64,000 nucleotides of DNA from Eledone cirrhosa (taxonomy: Eukaryota). Every line of letters begins with the position of its first letter. Position 1 is the first letter of the stretch. Below are positions 28,197 to 40,610 of this stretch, piece by piece. Both the position numbers and the translations under genes were made by a program. The notes under the pieces are model-generated. The model made no database searches, was not told the origin of the DNA, and saw only the letters and a program-made list of their open reading frames with translations. Location: positions 327,918,001-327,982,000 of the forward strand of contig OZ024740.1 of the NCBI GenBank assembly GCA_964016885.1, written 5' to 3'.

Positions 28197-31100
28197 CCAT
28201 ATTGTCATGTTACCGGCACTAGAGAAGTTGTCTAGCAAGATGAATGAGTCCTCTTCATCCTGTGTTAGTTTTTTTATTCAGAGTTACTGTTTGTTCTCTT
28301 ATACAAGATCCCTGCAATGCATCTTCATTTACTGTATTTGTTTTCGGGGATTGAGTCATGGCTTTTACAGCTGGAGTCCCTTCCTATCACTAATCAACTA
28401 TATGGTGTAGGACTATATGTATTTTATTGTTTCACCCACTATCACTAAAGATTTTCTGCAGCAAGACTACCATTTGAAGACTGATCTCTTAACTGCTAAA
28501 CCCTTCTTTAGGAAAAGTCTACAGCTGCTGCTAGTTGTGCTACAGTCTTCTCTTCACTAATTACATACATATTTTCTATATAATTTATTAATATGCTGCA
28601 TGTATCTGCAATTAGCAGAGTTGCAGAGTTGCCGGCTAATAAATCAAACCATCTAACTTGTAAATGGTCTTTTAACTTCTCTGACAGCTAAAATATTTAT
28701 TTATTTATTTATTTTTTTAATTATTTTTATTTGGTTGGGAGAGGGGGCATGAAGCTTGAGACTAAATGAATAAGGAATGAAAAGTTGGATATTCATGTTT
28801 TTCCCAAGAATATTTCGGAAGCTAAATAAAATGAAATGGTTTCGCCCAGTAATTGAAACAAAGACAAATGTTCCACTAATCTGGAGTTTACCTCTATTCT
28901 ACTACACTTTTCCTAACAGCTATATTATTACAGAATATATCAAAATACCATTTTAATTTAAAAAATTTTTTTTTTTACCATCATCCAATTGTTTTTAATG
29001 TTGCCTTTCCTCTTTTGAGGGGTAGGGGATCAAATATATACCAGTTATGCACTGGTGCCAATCTACTCAACTCTACCCTCCCTCAAATTTGAAGCCTTGT
29101 AACTATGTTAGAAATTAATATTACATACTGTTTCTTTGATAGCTATATTATTAAGGAACTTATCAAAGAAATGATAACTGTCTGGTTATGTGATAATTTT
29201 TTTTAACTTTTCTCATGAAAACAACAATTTCTTGACATTGACTCTTAACTGTAATCCTCTCTTGTATGGCAGCTATGTTACTAAAGAGTCTCTGAATGAA
29301 ATAAATGACTATGACAGCTTGACACACTGCTTTTGCTTGTCTTACTAATGAAGTTCTTTAAATCCTAATCTATTTTATACACTATTTTTACTTTCTTCAT
29401 GTTGATTTTCAGTCCTTTATTTTTTTTTAAAGATATTTTCAATTGTCAATGTTTGTTAAGAATTGTTTGTTTGTTTTGAAAATGCCAACATCAATAAAAT
29501 TAAGTTGCTTTTGATTTATCTCATTTGCAAAATTTGAATGTAAATTTCACACGTCTTAACAGTGATTTAAAAAAAAAAATAAAAAATAAAAAAAAAACCT
29601 TTCATTGAAAACTTCAATTTCCCAAGTGCACTAAAAAATAATTAATAATTTCTTTAATCTTCATTTCTAAAACAATCAGCCCAGGGTTTAATTCATTTCT
29701 TGCTTCTGTTATGATATTGGTTGCTAAAAAAAAATAAAAAAATCATCTTTTCTTTTTTCTTTATTTTGAACACAATATTAAAAATATTTCTCTTTAGAAT
29801 TTTTGAAAAGAAAAAGAGAACACAAGCTTTTGAAGTATTTTTACTAGATTATATATGCAATGATTGTAACTAAAGTAATTTTGTTCAAATTAGTCAAGCA
29901 TTTTATTGTTCAAACAGAAAACTTGATGTAACTTTTTTAACTCATAGTTTTGTTATATTGCAATTGTATTTCAATCAATAAAACCTTGAATACTTATTTA
30001 CTTCTTATTCTTATTTACTTCCCATTCACAGATTCAATGATAAATTATTTTCAATATTTTCAATTTTGCAGTAATAATTTTAATCTGGCAATTTCTCTCT
30101 TGTGTTAACAGACAATGGTGTGGTATCAGCTTAAAAAATGTAACATCTAACAAAATGTATACTTAATGAACTGGCTTTCATATTGACCAGTTTCTAGGAA
30201 ACCCATTTCATTACAGTTTACTTGTTTGTTGAAGGAATGATTGAAAATATGGAATGTGGAGCAAATTTCTAGTTCTTTATCTGATTTTAAATATAAGCTA
30301 GGCTTTTCACATTAAATTATGCAAAATATCAAGGATTTTATTGAACAAAATATAGAAAATCTGGCAGCTGTATATTTGAGATAAAATAGAAATTTTCAAT
30401 ACAACACACCATTGCTGAAGGCTCTGTCCATAAATTAATATGCAATACATCTGTTAAAATATTAAATGTTCATCAGACCGAGAGATAAAAATCTTTGAAG
30501 TACAAATTAAAAAATATGTTCACTTCTTGTGTATGAGATTCTGAATTCAAATTAATGCAATTTTTGTTAATACCATTCTTCATAGCTATGTAATATTAAT
30601 GAGAATTTAAGTTGAGAATATTTTTATCAAATGAAACTGCATTAAAAAAACCCCCATCTAATTTTCATAATTAGCATCTTTGTTAATATTAAGTGATGGT
30701 TGAACAACATACTTTGTGGCATATAGTTATGACCCTTTACGTTTTGAGTTTGAATCCTGCCAAGGTTAGCTTTGCCTTTCATCCTTACGCAGTTGATAAA
30801 ATAAAGTACCAGTAATGCACTGAGGTCAATTTATCGACTTTCTCCTCCCCCAAAATTGATGGTCTTGTGCCTAAATCAGAAACCAATATTACATGCTGTT
30901 GTTTATTCCTCTCAATACAATACCTGGTTCTATAATATACAAAACAGTCTATTTCTGTGATATTTGTTCTTGTCTACATTTATCTAAAAGCTCTCCATCA
31001 TATTTTTACGTGAGAACCTTTGTTCCAAACACCAACTTAATACTGAGGAGGTTAGCTATATTATTAAATGTTTGCAAATTCTTGATTAATTTCAAAATCA

Positions 31101-31682
31101 ATATGTTGGAAGATTTTAATCTAAACAGGAACCTTTTAAAATGTGTGGTTTTGTTTCATAGAACTGAGGCAAGTTTTAGTTAGGTTGTTATCAAATAGGT
31201 TAAGCAAGGAACAGAAAATCCTTTGTTACCAGCAGAGTTCATAACTACTTGAACTTTTCCATGCTGTTTTTACTTTGGATATGCTTTCAGAACACCCATC
31301 TCCACTGTTAGGTCACCAATGTCACAGAAGTTATCAACTACTAGGGAGCCTTTTGAGCATATGAAAAAATTTAACGAGTTCAATTCATTGCATACATGAA
31401 GAGGAAGAAGAATGCTTTAATGTAGATGAAACTTTCATTCTCATTGGCCTTCTACTATGCATCTGCCCCGACTGTTTGTTCTCGTAGTGCTTCTATTATG
31501 TGTGCCTTGGCTGTGGGCAATACTCGTTTATGACCATTTTGTTTTCATAGTCCTTCTGTTACGCTTATGTTACTTGTTGGCACTGCTTGCTTGCATCAGC
31601 TCTGAACATTCGTTTTCATGGTTCTTTTGCTACACACACACCTGTTTACATTTATAACACTTTCTATTTATCCATATATATA

Positions 31683-31724
<42 letters not shown>

Positions 31725-32269
31725 TTCCTGTATGAGCAAGGCATGGTCAGCCGACCAGACACTGCCCACAACAGGACAACCCGTCTAACCCATACTAGCA
31801 TGGAAGAACGGACGTAAAATGGTGATGATGATGATGATTATATATAAAGAATTAATATATCTACAGACATATGTATACAGATGCATACCTATGCCAGCAA
31901 ATATATATGTTTTGTCTTAGTAACTTTGTGGTTCCATGCAGGGGAATGCAGAACAATTATATGAAAGACGTAAATAAGAAAGTTATGAAAATTGACTTAC
32001 TTACTAAAATTTCACTCCAACTAATTAGTTTCTGTAAGGGAATAAATATAGTTACGTAATAACTATAGAGAAGCCTTACGTCATCAGGGAGTCTATTCTC
32101 AGCTAAGTTTCCAGGCAATGCGGGGACACTGGGAACTTATATAAAAATAATTCAGTGGATGGAAAAAAAGCGAGCGGGGCTAGATTCTAAGCCATTGAAA
32201 AATTCACTGCTTTCTTGGTCAAGTGGCAAATTCAAAAGAATCAATCACGTGACACTGAGGTTAACCAGC

Positions 32270-33620
32270 TTGGAGTGGGGGTGCTATTAAGACAGAGCCT
32301 AGCCACTACTATCAGTCACAGTAGTAATTTCGGCAAATTTTGCTCAACAAAGTTGGTATGATCTGGGAAGTAGTAAAGGAAAGCTCAGTCACATGCTATT
32401 TATGGGTGATTTGAAGTTTGCAAAGCATGAGTCAGAATTGGACAATCTAGTCCATTCTGTGTGGATTTTTTTCAAATAATATCAAGATGGAATTTAAACT
32501 GTCAAATATGCTGTGATGGTGATGAGAAGAGGAAAATTTGTTGGAAAAAATGGTATAAGTATGCTAAGTAGTGAAATGGTGAAGGCAATTGAATCTGAAA
32601 TATACCTGGGAATACTGGAGGCAGATGGAATTAAGCATGATGATATGACAATAAAAGACAAAGGAAGAGTATCTGTGATGGTTGAGAAAGATATTGCAAT
32701 CAAAGCTGAATGCCAGAAACATGATTTCAGCAATAAACTTGCATGCAGTTGCAGTAGTTTGGCATGGAGCTAGAATTCTGAAATGGACAGATGAGCTAAA
32801 GGGGCTGGACAGGAAACCAAGAAAGCCTTTAACTATACATGTAGCTGATCATTCACTTGCAGACAATGATCTTCTATACATGAAGAGAACAAATAGAGGA
32901 AGAGGATTGATAAGTGTGAAACACTGCATGCATATTGAACAGGGAAGCTTGCTGAGATATCTCATCCAAAGTGAGGGAATGTTGTTAGTGGTAATAAGAA
33001 AAGAGGGTATATTGAAAACGGGGAAGAAGAAAACAAAAAGTACAAGAAGGACTACTCAACAAGGGATTACATAAACAACTTCACATGATCACAACTGAAG
33101 TTGCTGGAGAATTTAGGCTGAAGAAAGGAGACTGAGAACACTATACAATGTAAATCATGTGTGTTGTAATACATTTTATCTCATTTGACTCATGGCTGTA
33201 TCCAGTCAGAATTCTCTCACCTCTTTCTGTTCAAACCAGCTGTAATCAGCCACTCATATTGAAGTTAAGGTATTATTCTCAAAATAAATATCAAAATTTT
33301 ATAGATTCGATATTATGTGATAATTATGTAAGGTAAAGCCTTTACTGTGAAAATATAATTGTATATATAATGTAAATGCTAAAGAATTAAAGCCGGCTGT
33401 GGAAATTGAAAAAGGTGATGGTTGTGCTGATTGTTGTAGGGGCCTTGGAGACTGTATCAAAATATATTGAGAGGAATATAAAGAAAATGGGGATAGAATG
33501 TCCAGTAGAGCTATTACAAAAATTTGCCTCGTTGGGACAGCCAGAATTATCAGGAAAGTACTAGATAGTTGAAGAGAACAAATAGCATGGTACCATAGGC
33601 TACGGGTAGCAGGCCTGCTA
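32270..33620 (+). mobile_element. Heavily decayed R4/Dong-clade LINE, interrupted by a MITE
   Basis: HMLFMGDLK, YLGILEADGIKH, LNARNMISAIN, LYMKRTNRGRGLISV and GTARIIRKVL remnants. Confidence 0.8.
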
Positions 33621-33719
33621 CTCATACAAGAATCCAGGAGTTCCAACAAAATCTGACATAAAAGAATAAACAATAATACCGATTTCTGATTTAGGCACAA
33701 GGCCAGCAATAATAATAAT

Positions 33720-34050
33720 GATTTGTTTATTAACCACAGGGTTTACATTAAAAAACAAAACAAGAAATGATAACAAAAAAATTAAAACAAAAGAAAAAAA
33801 TACCCAGTAGTGGGGGAGACCACCGAGGGTTACACATGGGAAAAGCCCACAAACAGCCATGGTTGCCCTGACCGCTAGGACCAGCGCCCTCTCCCAGTTG
33901 TCCTCCAATACTTCAGGTGCATGCTCAAGGCAGACCCATTCTCGCTTCTCTCACCCACCTTTCAATAAAGTGGATGGAAGTCAGCACTTCCCACTCCACC
34001 CTGATTTTCCTTTTCAGGCAGTTAAAAACAGCCCTCCCTTCTTGGTTAAA
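33720..34050 (-). mobile_element. Tx1-clade LINE 3' end
   Basis: Reverse complement matches 49880-50316 (WERAL.L, GTAAACCCTGTGGTTAATAAA); abuts (AAT)n. Confidence 0.85.
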
Positions 34051-34346
34051 GGGGGGCGGCGGGACGATCTTCATAATGGACTCAAATATTATAATCGCTC
34101 TTCAATATTACACAGTTATCTCCCATAGATCATCATAAAATGAATTATGAACGCTACAATTGAAACATTTCATAATTTTTTTCTCAATTTTTCTGCATTT
34201 TTATTTGTAATTTTGAAATGTAAGCTGGAAATTTATTAGGGAACAAAAGAAAAAAAATATATGTATGCATACGAACACCGCCCACTCCTAAATGCAACAA
34301 ACGATGTGTAATGCACCTGAGCACTGTACACAATAATTTCATTTGG

Positions 34347-34528
34347 ATTGGCAGTATCGGTAGAGGGTCGGACGCCATGCTTTGCAGCATAGAGTTACAG
34401 CCTTTTATGGTCTGAGTTCAAATCCCGCCGAGGTTAACTTTGCCTTTCATCCTTACGAGGTCGATAAAATAAAGTACCAGTAATGTACTGGGTAATTGCT
34501 GGCCTTGTGCCAAAAGTAGAAACAATTA
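34347..34528 (+). mobile_element. tRNA-derived SINE (abundant family)
   Basis: GGATTGGCAGTATCGGTAGAG..GAGTTCAAATCCCGCCGAGGTTAACTTTGCCTTTCATCC..ATAAAGTACCAG; near-identical copies at 43387-43567 and 52843-53025. Confidence 0.88.
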
Positions 34529-34544
34529 TTTAATATATACTTAA

Positions 34545-34743
34545 CTCTTTAGCATTTACACTGGATATATCTGGCCAGAATTATCTCACCTTTTTCTGTT
34601 TAAACCGGCTGTAACCAGCTGCTCATACTGATGTTAAGGTATGATTCTCAAAATAAACAATATCAAAATCTCGTAGATTCGATATTATGTGAGATAAAGA
34701 CTTTACCACAAAAATACAATAGAGTAATGTAAATGCTAAAGGG
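34545..34743. mobile_element. piggyBac-type MITE
   Basis: TTAA|CTCTTTAGCATTTA...TAAATGCTAAAGGG|TTAA. Confidence 0.85.
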
Positions 34744-34914
34744 TTAAAAGACAATCTATTATTATATATAGAGTATGGAGGTGAATTGCTGAGTCATTAG
34801 AACGTCTGATAGAGTGCTTGCAAAGATGTTGTTTTGGGGTTGATAATAGTATTAGGCAGAGGACTGTTGATGATGATGATGGGTGGTGGTGGTAGTATGT
34901 GACTGATCAGTTAC

Positions 34915-35269
34915 TGTGGGTATGCGGTGGCCGGAAGCTGGGGGAGTGCTCGACCGGAAGAGTACTTGACCGGAAGGGTTCTTGGCCGGAAGGGTGCTCG
35001 ACCGGAAGGGCTTGCAAGTCGGCCTCTCTCTAGCCGTGACAGGAACGTGGTGGACGCGAGTTTGGCAGCTCCTGGTGTTAATGAGTTGGATCGTACGCAC
35101 GTGGAAGAGGAGAAACCAGCCATGGGATTTAGCGGCGCGTATGTAAAGCGGTAAGCTATTTCGGCACTGGAAACTGAGATCTGATAAAAAAAATTAAAAA
35201 AGCTTTCTCGAAAACAAAGCTACTGGAAAAACAGAGAGGAGTCTGTTGTTTTTTTTATTACGTACCGCA
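34915..35269 (+). repeat. 5' LTR (3' boundary approximate)
   Basis: Aligns to 38523-38773 up to GCGGTAAG; candidate end TACCGCA resembles the 3' LTR end TAACCACA. Confidence 0.75.
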
Positions 35270-35281
35270 AGACAAATTAGG

Positions 35282-36289
35282 ATGGCGATGAGACTACGAA
35301 CGAGCGAAGCGATTAGGGCATTTACCGGTGAAGGCGATGTTGTCGCTTGGCTGCGAAAAGTCCGGCTGGACGCAAGCTTACAGAAGATTGAAGATGTGGC
35401 TGGCCTCATGGCACTGTACCTCGAGGGGGACGCGTTGGTACTCTTCCTTGAAATAGATGAAAACAGCCAAAGGGATGCACAAAAGATCGAGAGGCGCATG
35501 ATGGAAGCGTTCGCGGAGGGACCGTTAGCCGCTTTTGCTAAGCTGGCAAGAATTAGATGGAACGGTGAACGCGTTGACATTTTCGCAGCGGAAATACGGC
35601 GACTGGCCATGCTGGCTGGATATCAGGCGGAATGCGAACGCGCAGTGCGGTTGGCGTTCATAAATGGATTTCCAGACGACATAGCGGTGAAACTACAGCA
35701 AGTCCCGGGTTACAAAGAAATGGAGATGCGTGCACTGGTGGAGCAAGCCCGCATCATAGCAGAAGAGGCCAAGAAGAGTGTCGCGGCGATGGCAACTACA
35801 GAGGCCCAAGACAGCTGGCAGCGAAATGGTGAAAGGGAGGCAACCACGGCACGCGGTCGCCTGCGAACGTTTAGAGGTCGCTGTTTTAGGTGCCAGGGCC
35901 CACACATGGCGAGAGACTGTAGAGAGTCAAGGCCGGAAATAATATGCTACCGGTGTAAGCGACCAGGCCACATCGAAGTCGACAACGTGGTGGATGGGAT
36001 CGGCGTGGTTATGGACGCAATTGGCCGTCTAGGAGGCGTCACAGTGAACAACGTCGGTGTGTCGTTTGGCGGCGCCGCATCGGTATGCGCGGTGAGTACG
36101 CGACAGGAGAACCAGAAGGCCCACGAGGAGAAATACCCCGCTTACACTGTGCAGGACAAAGACTCCAAGGCCGTGTTCGATGGGCAGCGATGGGTTGTTG
36201 TGTGGTACTGGAAGGGAGAACCACCAACACTGAAGACCAAAGTGGGCTGCTATCAACACACATTAGGAGCGAGTTCGAGCGAGAGGTAG
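35282..36289 (+). pseudogene. Retrotransposon gag with zinc knuckles fused to a truncated protease
   Basis: CFRCQGPHMARDC and a truncated CYRCKRPGHI; no D(T/S)G catalytic motif, only a C-terminal VVMDAIGRLGG remnant. Confidence 0.85.
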
Positions 36290-38470
36290 AGAGATGGATT
36301 GAGGAGGGAATACTGCTTCCCTGGAAAGAGGAGGTGAAGTGCGGAGTATTGCCGTTAATGGCGCAACCCACGGATAACACGATGAGGCCGGTACTGGACT
36401 TTTGGGAGCTGAACGAGCACGTGTGATGCCACACGGGTGGCGAGGTCACGGATGTCTGTGGGGAAACGCTGCGTGAGTGGAGACGCATGACGGGGGGTTC
36501 CGCAATCGTAGATCTAAAGTCGGCATACTTGCAATTGCATATAGATGAGAAGCTCTGGCAGTATCAGCTGGTCAGGTATAAGGGCCGGACATATTGCCTG
36601 ACCAGGCTGGGTTTCGGGCTGAGCTCCGCACCGAAGATCATGGCGGCGGTCCTCAAGACCATTCTGGGAAAGGCCGACAAGATGAAGAGGGCCACTAATT
36701 CCTACATTGACGACATCCTAGTGGACGAGTCTGTAGTGTCGGCGGCGGAGGTCACGAGCCATTTACAGGGGTATAGACTGGCTGCGAAGCCGTCAGAAGC
36801 GTTGGAGGGAGGAGCCGCGCTGGGACTTAGGCTACGGCGAGACAGGACGAGCGTCTTAGTATTCCAGAGGGGAAATGAAGTTCCAGAACTGAGCCCAAGT
36901 ATGAGTAGGCGGGAGGTTTTCTCGGTGTGTGGAAAGTTGGTAGGTCACTACCCGATTGCTGGGTGGCTCTGGACGGCATGCAGCTATGTCAAGAGACGAG
37001 CGGGAGGGGTGACAGAGTGGGAGAGAGGACGGTGGCGATGATACAGAAGATCGTGGAGAGGGTGAAGGCCGACGACCCAGTGCGGGGACGCTGGTATGTT
37101 CCCAAATCGCAGAGCGGGACCGTATGGTGCGCTGCCAGCAGAATAGCGCTGCGTGTCACATTGGAGATAGGAGGTGCTGAGGTCGAGGATGCAGCCTGGC
37201 TTAGGAAGAAGGACGATTGCAACCACATCAATGTGGCCGAGCTGGACGCGGTGTTGAGAGGGGTGAACCTCGGGGGACTGCGCACCATCGAGATACACAC
37301 CGACTCGCCTACTGTATTCGGATGGGTGAGATCAGTGCTCACCAGTGGGAAGAGAGTGCGAACGAGAGGGGCGGCGGAGATGCTGATAAAGCGCCGCCTG
37401 GGAACTTTAGGAGAGCTGGCCACCGAGTTCGACCTGAGGCTGAGCGTAGTTTTCGTGCCCTCAGAGAAAAATAGGGCGGACGTCTTAACCAGGGTGAAGA
37501 AAGCGCCGGAGGAGGTAGAAGAGGAGATACTGCCGTGTGTCGGCTGACCGAGTCGGATCTGAAAGGGTTGCATGACATGCACCACATGGGAGTGGATAGG
37601 ACTCTGTTCCTAGCCAGGAGAATCGACTCGTACGTTAACAGACACAGTGTTCAAAAAGTGGTTAGAGGTTGCGTCCGATGTCAGTCCATTGATCCCGCCC
37701 CGGGTGTGCACGAAACGGAAAGCCTCTCGGTGGATCGCGACTGGAAGCGATTGGCGGTGGATGTAACACACTACCGACAGGGAACGTACCTCTCGATGGT
37801 CGCCTGTGGACCGGGACGGATGGCGATATGGAGGGAGATGAAGACTGGAACGGCCGAGGAAATCATGCGGACGTTGAGAGAGGTGTTCTTGGAGCGGGGC
37901 CCTGTGGACGAACTGCTGATGGACAACAGCGCAGCATTCCGCTCGGAGGCGCTGAGGGAGATGCTTGATGGATGGAAGGTGGACCGTTTCTTCAGAGCAG
38001 CGTACAGGTCGAGCGGAAATGGAATCGTGGAGCGACACCACCGGACGATCAAAGCAATGGCGGAGCGGGGCCACATCTCACCAATGGAGGCAGTGTTCTG
38101 GTACAACATGTCCCCTCGGGTGGGACAGGTTGAGGAATCGGTGCCACACAGAGCAGTATTCAGATACGAGTGGCGGCACCCGTGCACGCCGCCATAACGG
38201 CCAATGGGGAGAGAGAATGCATTCGTGCAGGTGGGCGAAGAAGTCTGGGTTAAGCCCCCAGATGCACGTTGCACATCTCAATGGGGAAGGGGAACGGTGA
38301 CGGCCGTAAATTCCCAGAACAATGTGTCCGTGGACGGAGTTCCACGTATGTCCTGGACGTCCGTAGAATCACTGTGTCAACGGACTCCGAGGAAGAGGAA
38401 ACCCAAAGTGCCGTCCCAACACTGCGGAGATCGCAAAGAAGTCGCAAACCACCAACCTGGACAGCAGACT
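36270..38470 (+). pseudogene. Frameshifted pol: RT, RNase H, integrase
   Basis: RPVLDF..LN, DLKSAYLQL, FGLSSAP, YIDD; CAAS/HINVAEL/TDS/NRADVL; HDMHH..CVRC zinc finger; VDVTH..MDN..GIVER DDE core. Confidence 0.92.
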
Positions 38471-38522
38471 TTCATATGCAGAAGGACGAGAGGGAAATTG
38501 ATCCTTGAGATCAGGGGGGGCG

Positions 38523-38796
38523 TGTGGGTATGGTGCGGTGTGCGGTGGCAGGAAGCTGGGGAGTGCTCGACCGGAAGAGTGCTTGACCGGAAGGGTGCTT
38601 GGCCGGAAGGGTGCTCGACCGGAAGGGCCAGCAGGTCGGCCTCTCTCTAGCGGTGATCAGGAACATGGTGGACGCGAGTTTGGCAGCTCCCGGTTTTAAC
38701 GAGTTGGATTGTACGCACGTGGAAGAGGAGAAACCAGCCATGGGATTTAGCGGCGCCTATAAAAAGCGGTAAGTGAGGTAGCTTTTTCTAACCACA
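38523..38796 (+). repeat. 3' LTR
   Basis: Begins TGTGGGTA just after the PPT; ends CCACA followed by the TSD. Confidence 0.9.
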
Positions 38797-39389
38797 GTTA
38801 CTATAGATGTAACATTAAGGGAGAATATATGGCTTACGTCAAAATATGATAATGAACACGACCACAAGGATATGGTTCGAACGTGGAAGAACCGAACTCC
38901 CACTGTCATCGCCTCCATCTCTCTGTATGGTGAGCAAATGGGGTCCCACGTGCTGGTCTCCCCACAGCCCCGGCGGACAGAATGGAGAAGGCGTTCTGGC
39001 TCTCTGAATTCAAATTCCGCTGAGGTATAGAACTGGGGTCGATTCCTTTTCCATATCTCTTTTTCAATTCCTCTCTCTCACTTCTCTGGGAGAAATCTGC
39101 TGTACTTAGATCTGGAGAGAGATGGGCTCGGCCAGATTGAAAATACCCAGGAAATGCCGTATATCAATATGGTGCCCCCCACCCACCCATTACGACCCCA
39201 TCAGAAGTTATGGGACATACTATACTATACCACACTATACCATCTATAGAGTGGGAGACAAAGAAGGACTATTCTTTCTATCAAATATGTAGAAAATACA
39301 TTATTTTTTTTATTTTTTTGTCTTCTTTTCTTTTCTTCGTTTTCATCTCTGCCATGTGTTCAATGGCAGGGCTTTCACATTTAAATACA

Positions 39390-39783
39390 TTCACACACAT
39401 ACACACACACACACTCACTCATTCACACACACATACACTCACTCATTCACACACAAACACACATACGCTCACTCACACACACATACACTGACTCATTCAC
39501 ACATACATTCACACACACATACAAACACACATATACTCACTCACACACACATAGACTCACTCATTCACACACACATACACTCACTCATTCACATGCAAAC
39601 ACAGTATGTTTCTTTCAGTCTTATTTCTGCCATAATTCAGTCAGCTGGAGTAGAAATATTGGCAAAAAAAAGAAATTTCTTTGAAACAAGAAAGAAATAG
39701 AAATTAGTGTTTAGAATTGGGCTACATATGACTACTACTACTACTGCTACTACTTCTGCCACTACTACTACTCCTGCTGTTAC

Positions 39784-39819
<36 letters not shown>

Positions 39820-39890
39820 CACCAGCATCACCACTACTACTATTGCTGTTGCTGCTGCTGCTGCTGCTGTTACTACTACTACTACTGGAC
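39390..39890. repeat. Degenerate (CA)n/(CACT)n and (CTA)n/(CTG)n simple repeats
   Basis: Direct inspection. Confidence 0.9.
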
Positions 39891-40039
39891 AATACAAGAT
39901 ATATTCTCCTCTTCATGATCACCACCTAGTCATCATTCTGATTTAGGCACAAGGTCAGACATTTTGGGGAAAGGGCAAATACGATTAAACCGATCTCAGT
40001 ACGTGACTGGTATTTAATTTCATCGACCTCGTAAGAATA

Positions 40040-40610
40040 ACAGGCAAAGTTAACCTCGGCGGGATTTGAACTCAGAATGTAAAGGGTCGTAACTCTGTGT
40101 CGCTAAGCAAGTTGTCTGACGCTCTACGATTCTGCAAAAATGCCTCCACCCTATTATTGTTTTTACATAACAAAGTGTTTTACGATGGTTGGACAAGAGG
40201 TAAGCAAATATTAATTTCGAGGCTGTTAAGGCTTCGAGACGTAGCTTACGTGTGGAAGACAGTCATTAGGCTGCGGACTTGGACACGAAGAGAAAGATAA
40301 CGAGCAAAAGCCGTCAATCACAACCTCGAACCAAGATATAGAACCCCGTGGGGCTGTGGCAGCCACGGTGAGTGTCAATATTTCCTGGAAGCAACTCGTA
40401 AACTACGTCTCGATGCCTTAACAGCTCCGCAATTAATATTTGCTTACCTCTCGTCTAGCCATCGTAAAACTCTTTGTTATGCAAATACAGTGATAGGGTA
40501 GAGGCATTTTTGCAGAATCGGCAGAGCGTCGGACAACATGATTAACGGTATAGAGTTACGGCCCTTTTCGTTCTGAGTTCAAATCCCGCTTAGGTTAGCT
40601 TTCCCCTTCA
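40040..40610. repeat. Diverged inverted repeat, ~210-bp arms with ~145-bp spacer; each arm includes a SINE head plus non-SINE sequence
   Basis: 40040-40250 is the reverse complement of 40397-40610, e.g. GAGGTAAGCAAATATTAATT / AATTAATATTTGCTTACCTC. Confidence 0.88.

Larger units (their letters stand above)
34915..38796 (+). mobile_element. Defective LTR retrotransposon with both LTRs; domain order gag-(PR)-RT-RH-IN (Gypsy-like order)
   Basis: TGTGG...CCACA termini, 5-bp TSD GTTAC (34910-34914 and 38797-38801), PPT AGGGGGGG at 38513-38520, two similar LTRs, GC-rich body. Confidence 0.95.

Noticed and set aside
32040-32100. Minus-strand CUGAUGA-CGUAA..UUACG hammerhead-like motif
   Set aside because: GAAA is replaced by GUAA and stem I cannot form
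34347-34430. tRNA genes at the A/B-box motifs (also 15680, 26290, 43387, 52843)
   Set aside because: No cloverleaf is evident; they continue into SINE bodies and tails
34944-35010. CRISPR-like array
   Set aside because: Contiguous 16-bp tandem units without unique spacers, inside a eukaryotic LTR; no cas genes
35194-38274. Antisense ORFs over the LTR element, and over the LINEs
   Set aside because: Shadow frames of GC-rich retroelement coding sequence
39637-39946. Poly-Thr/Val/Ser mucin-like ORFs
   Set aside because: Trinucleotide microsatellite with no splice context
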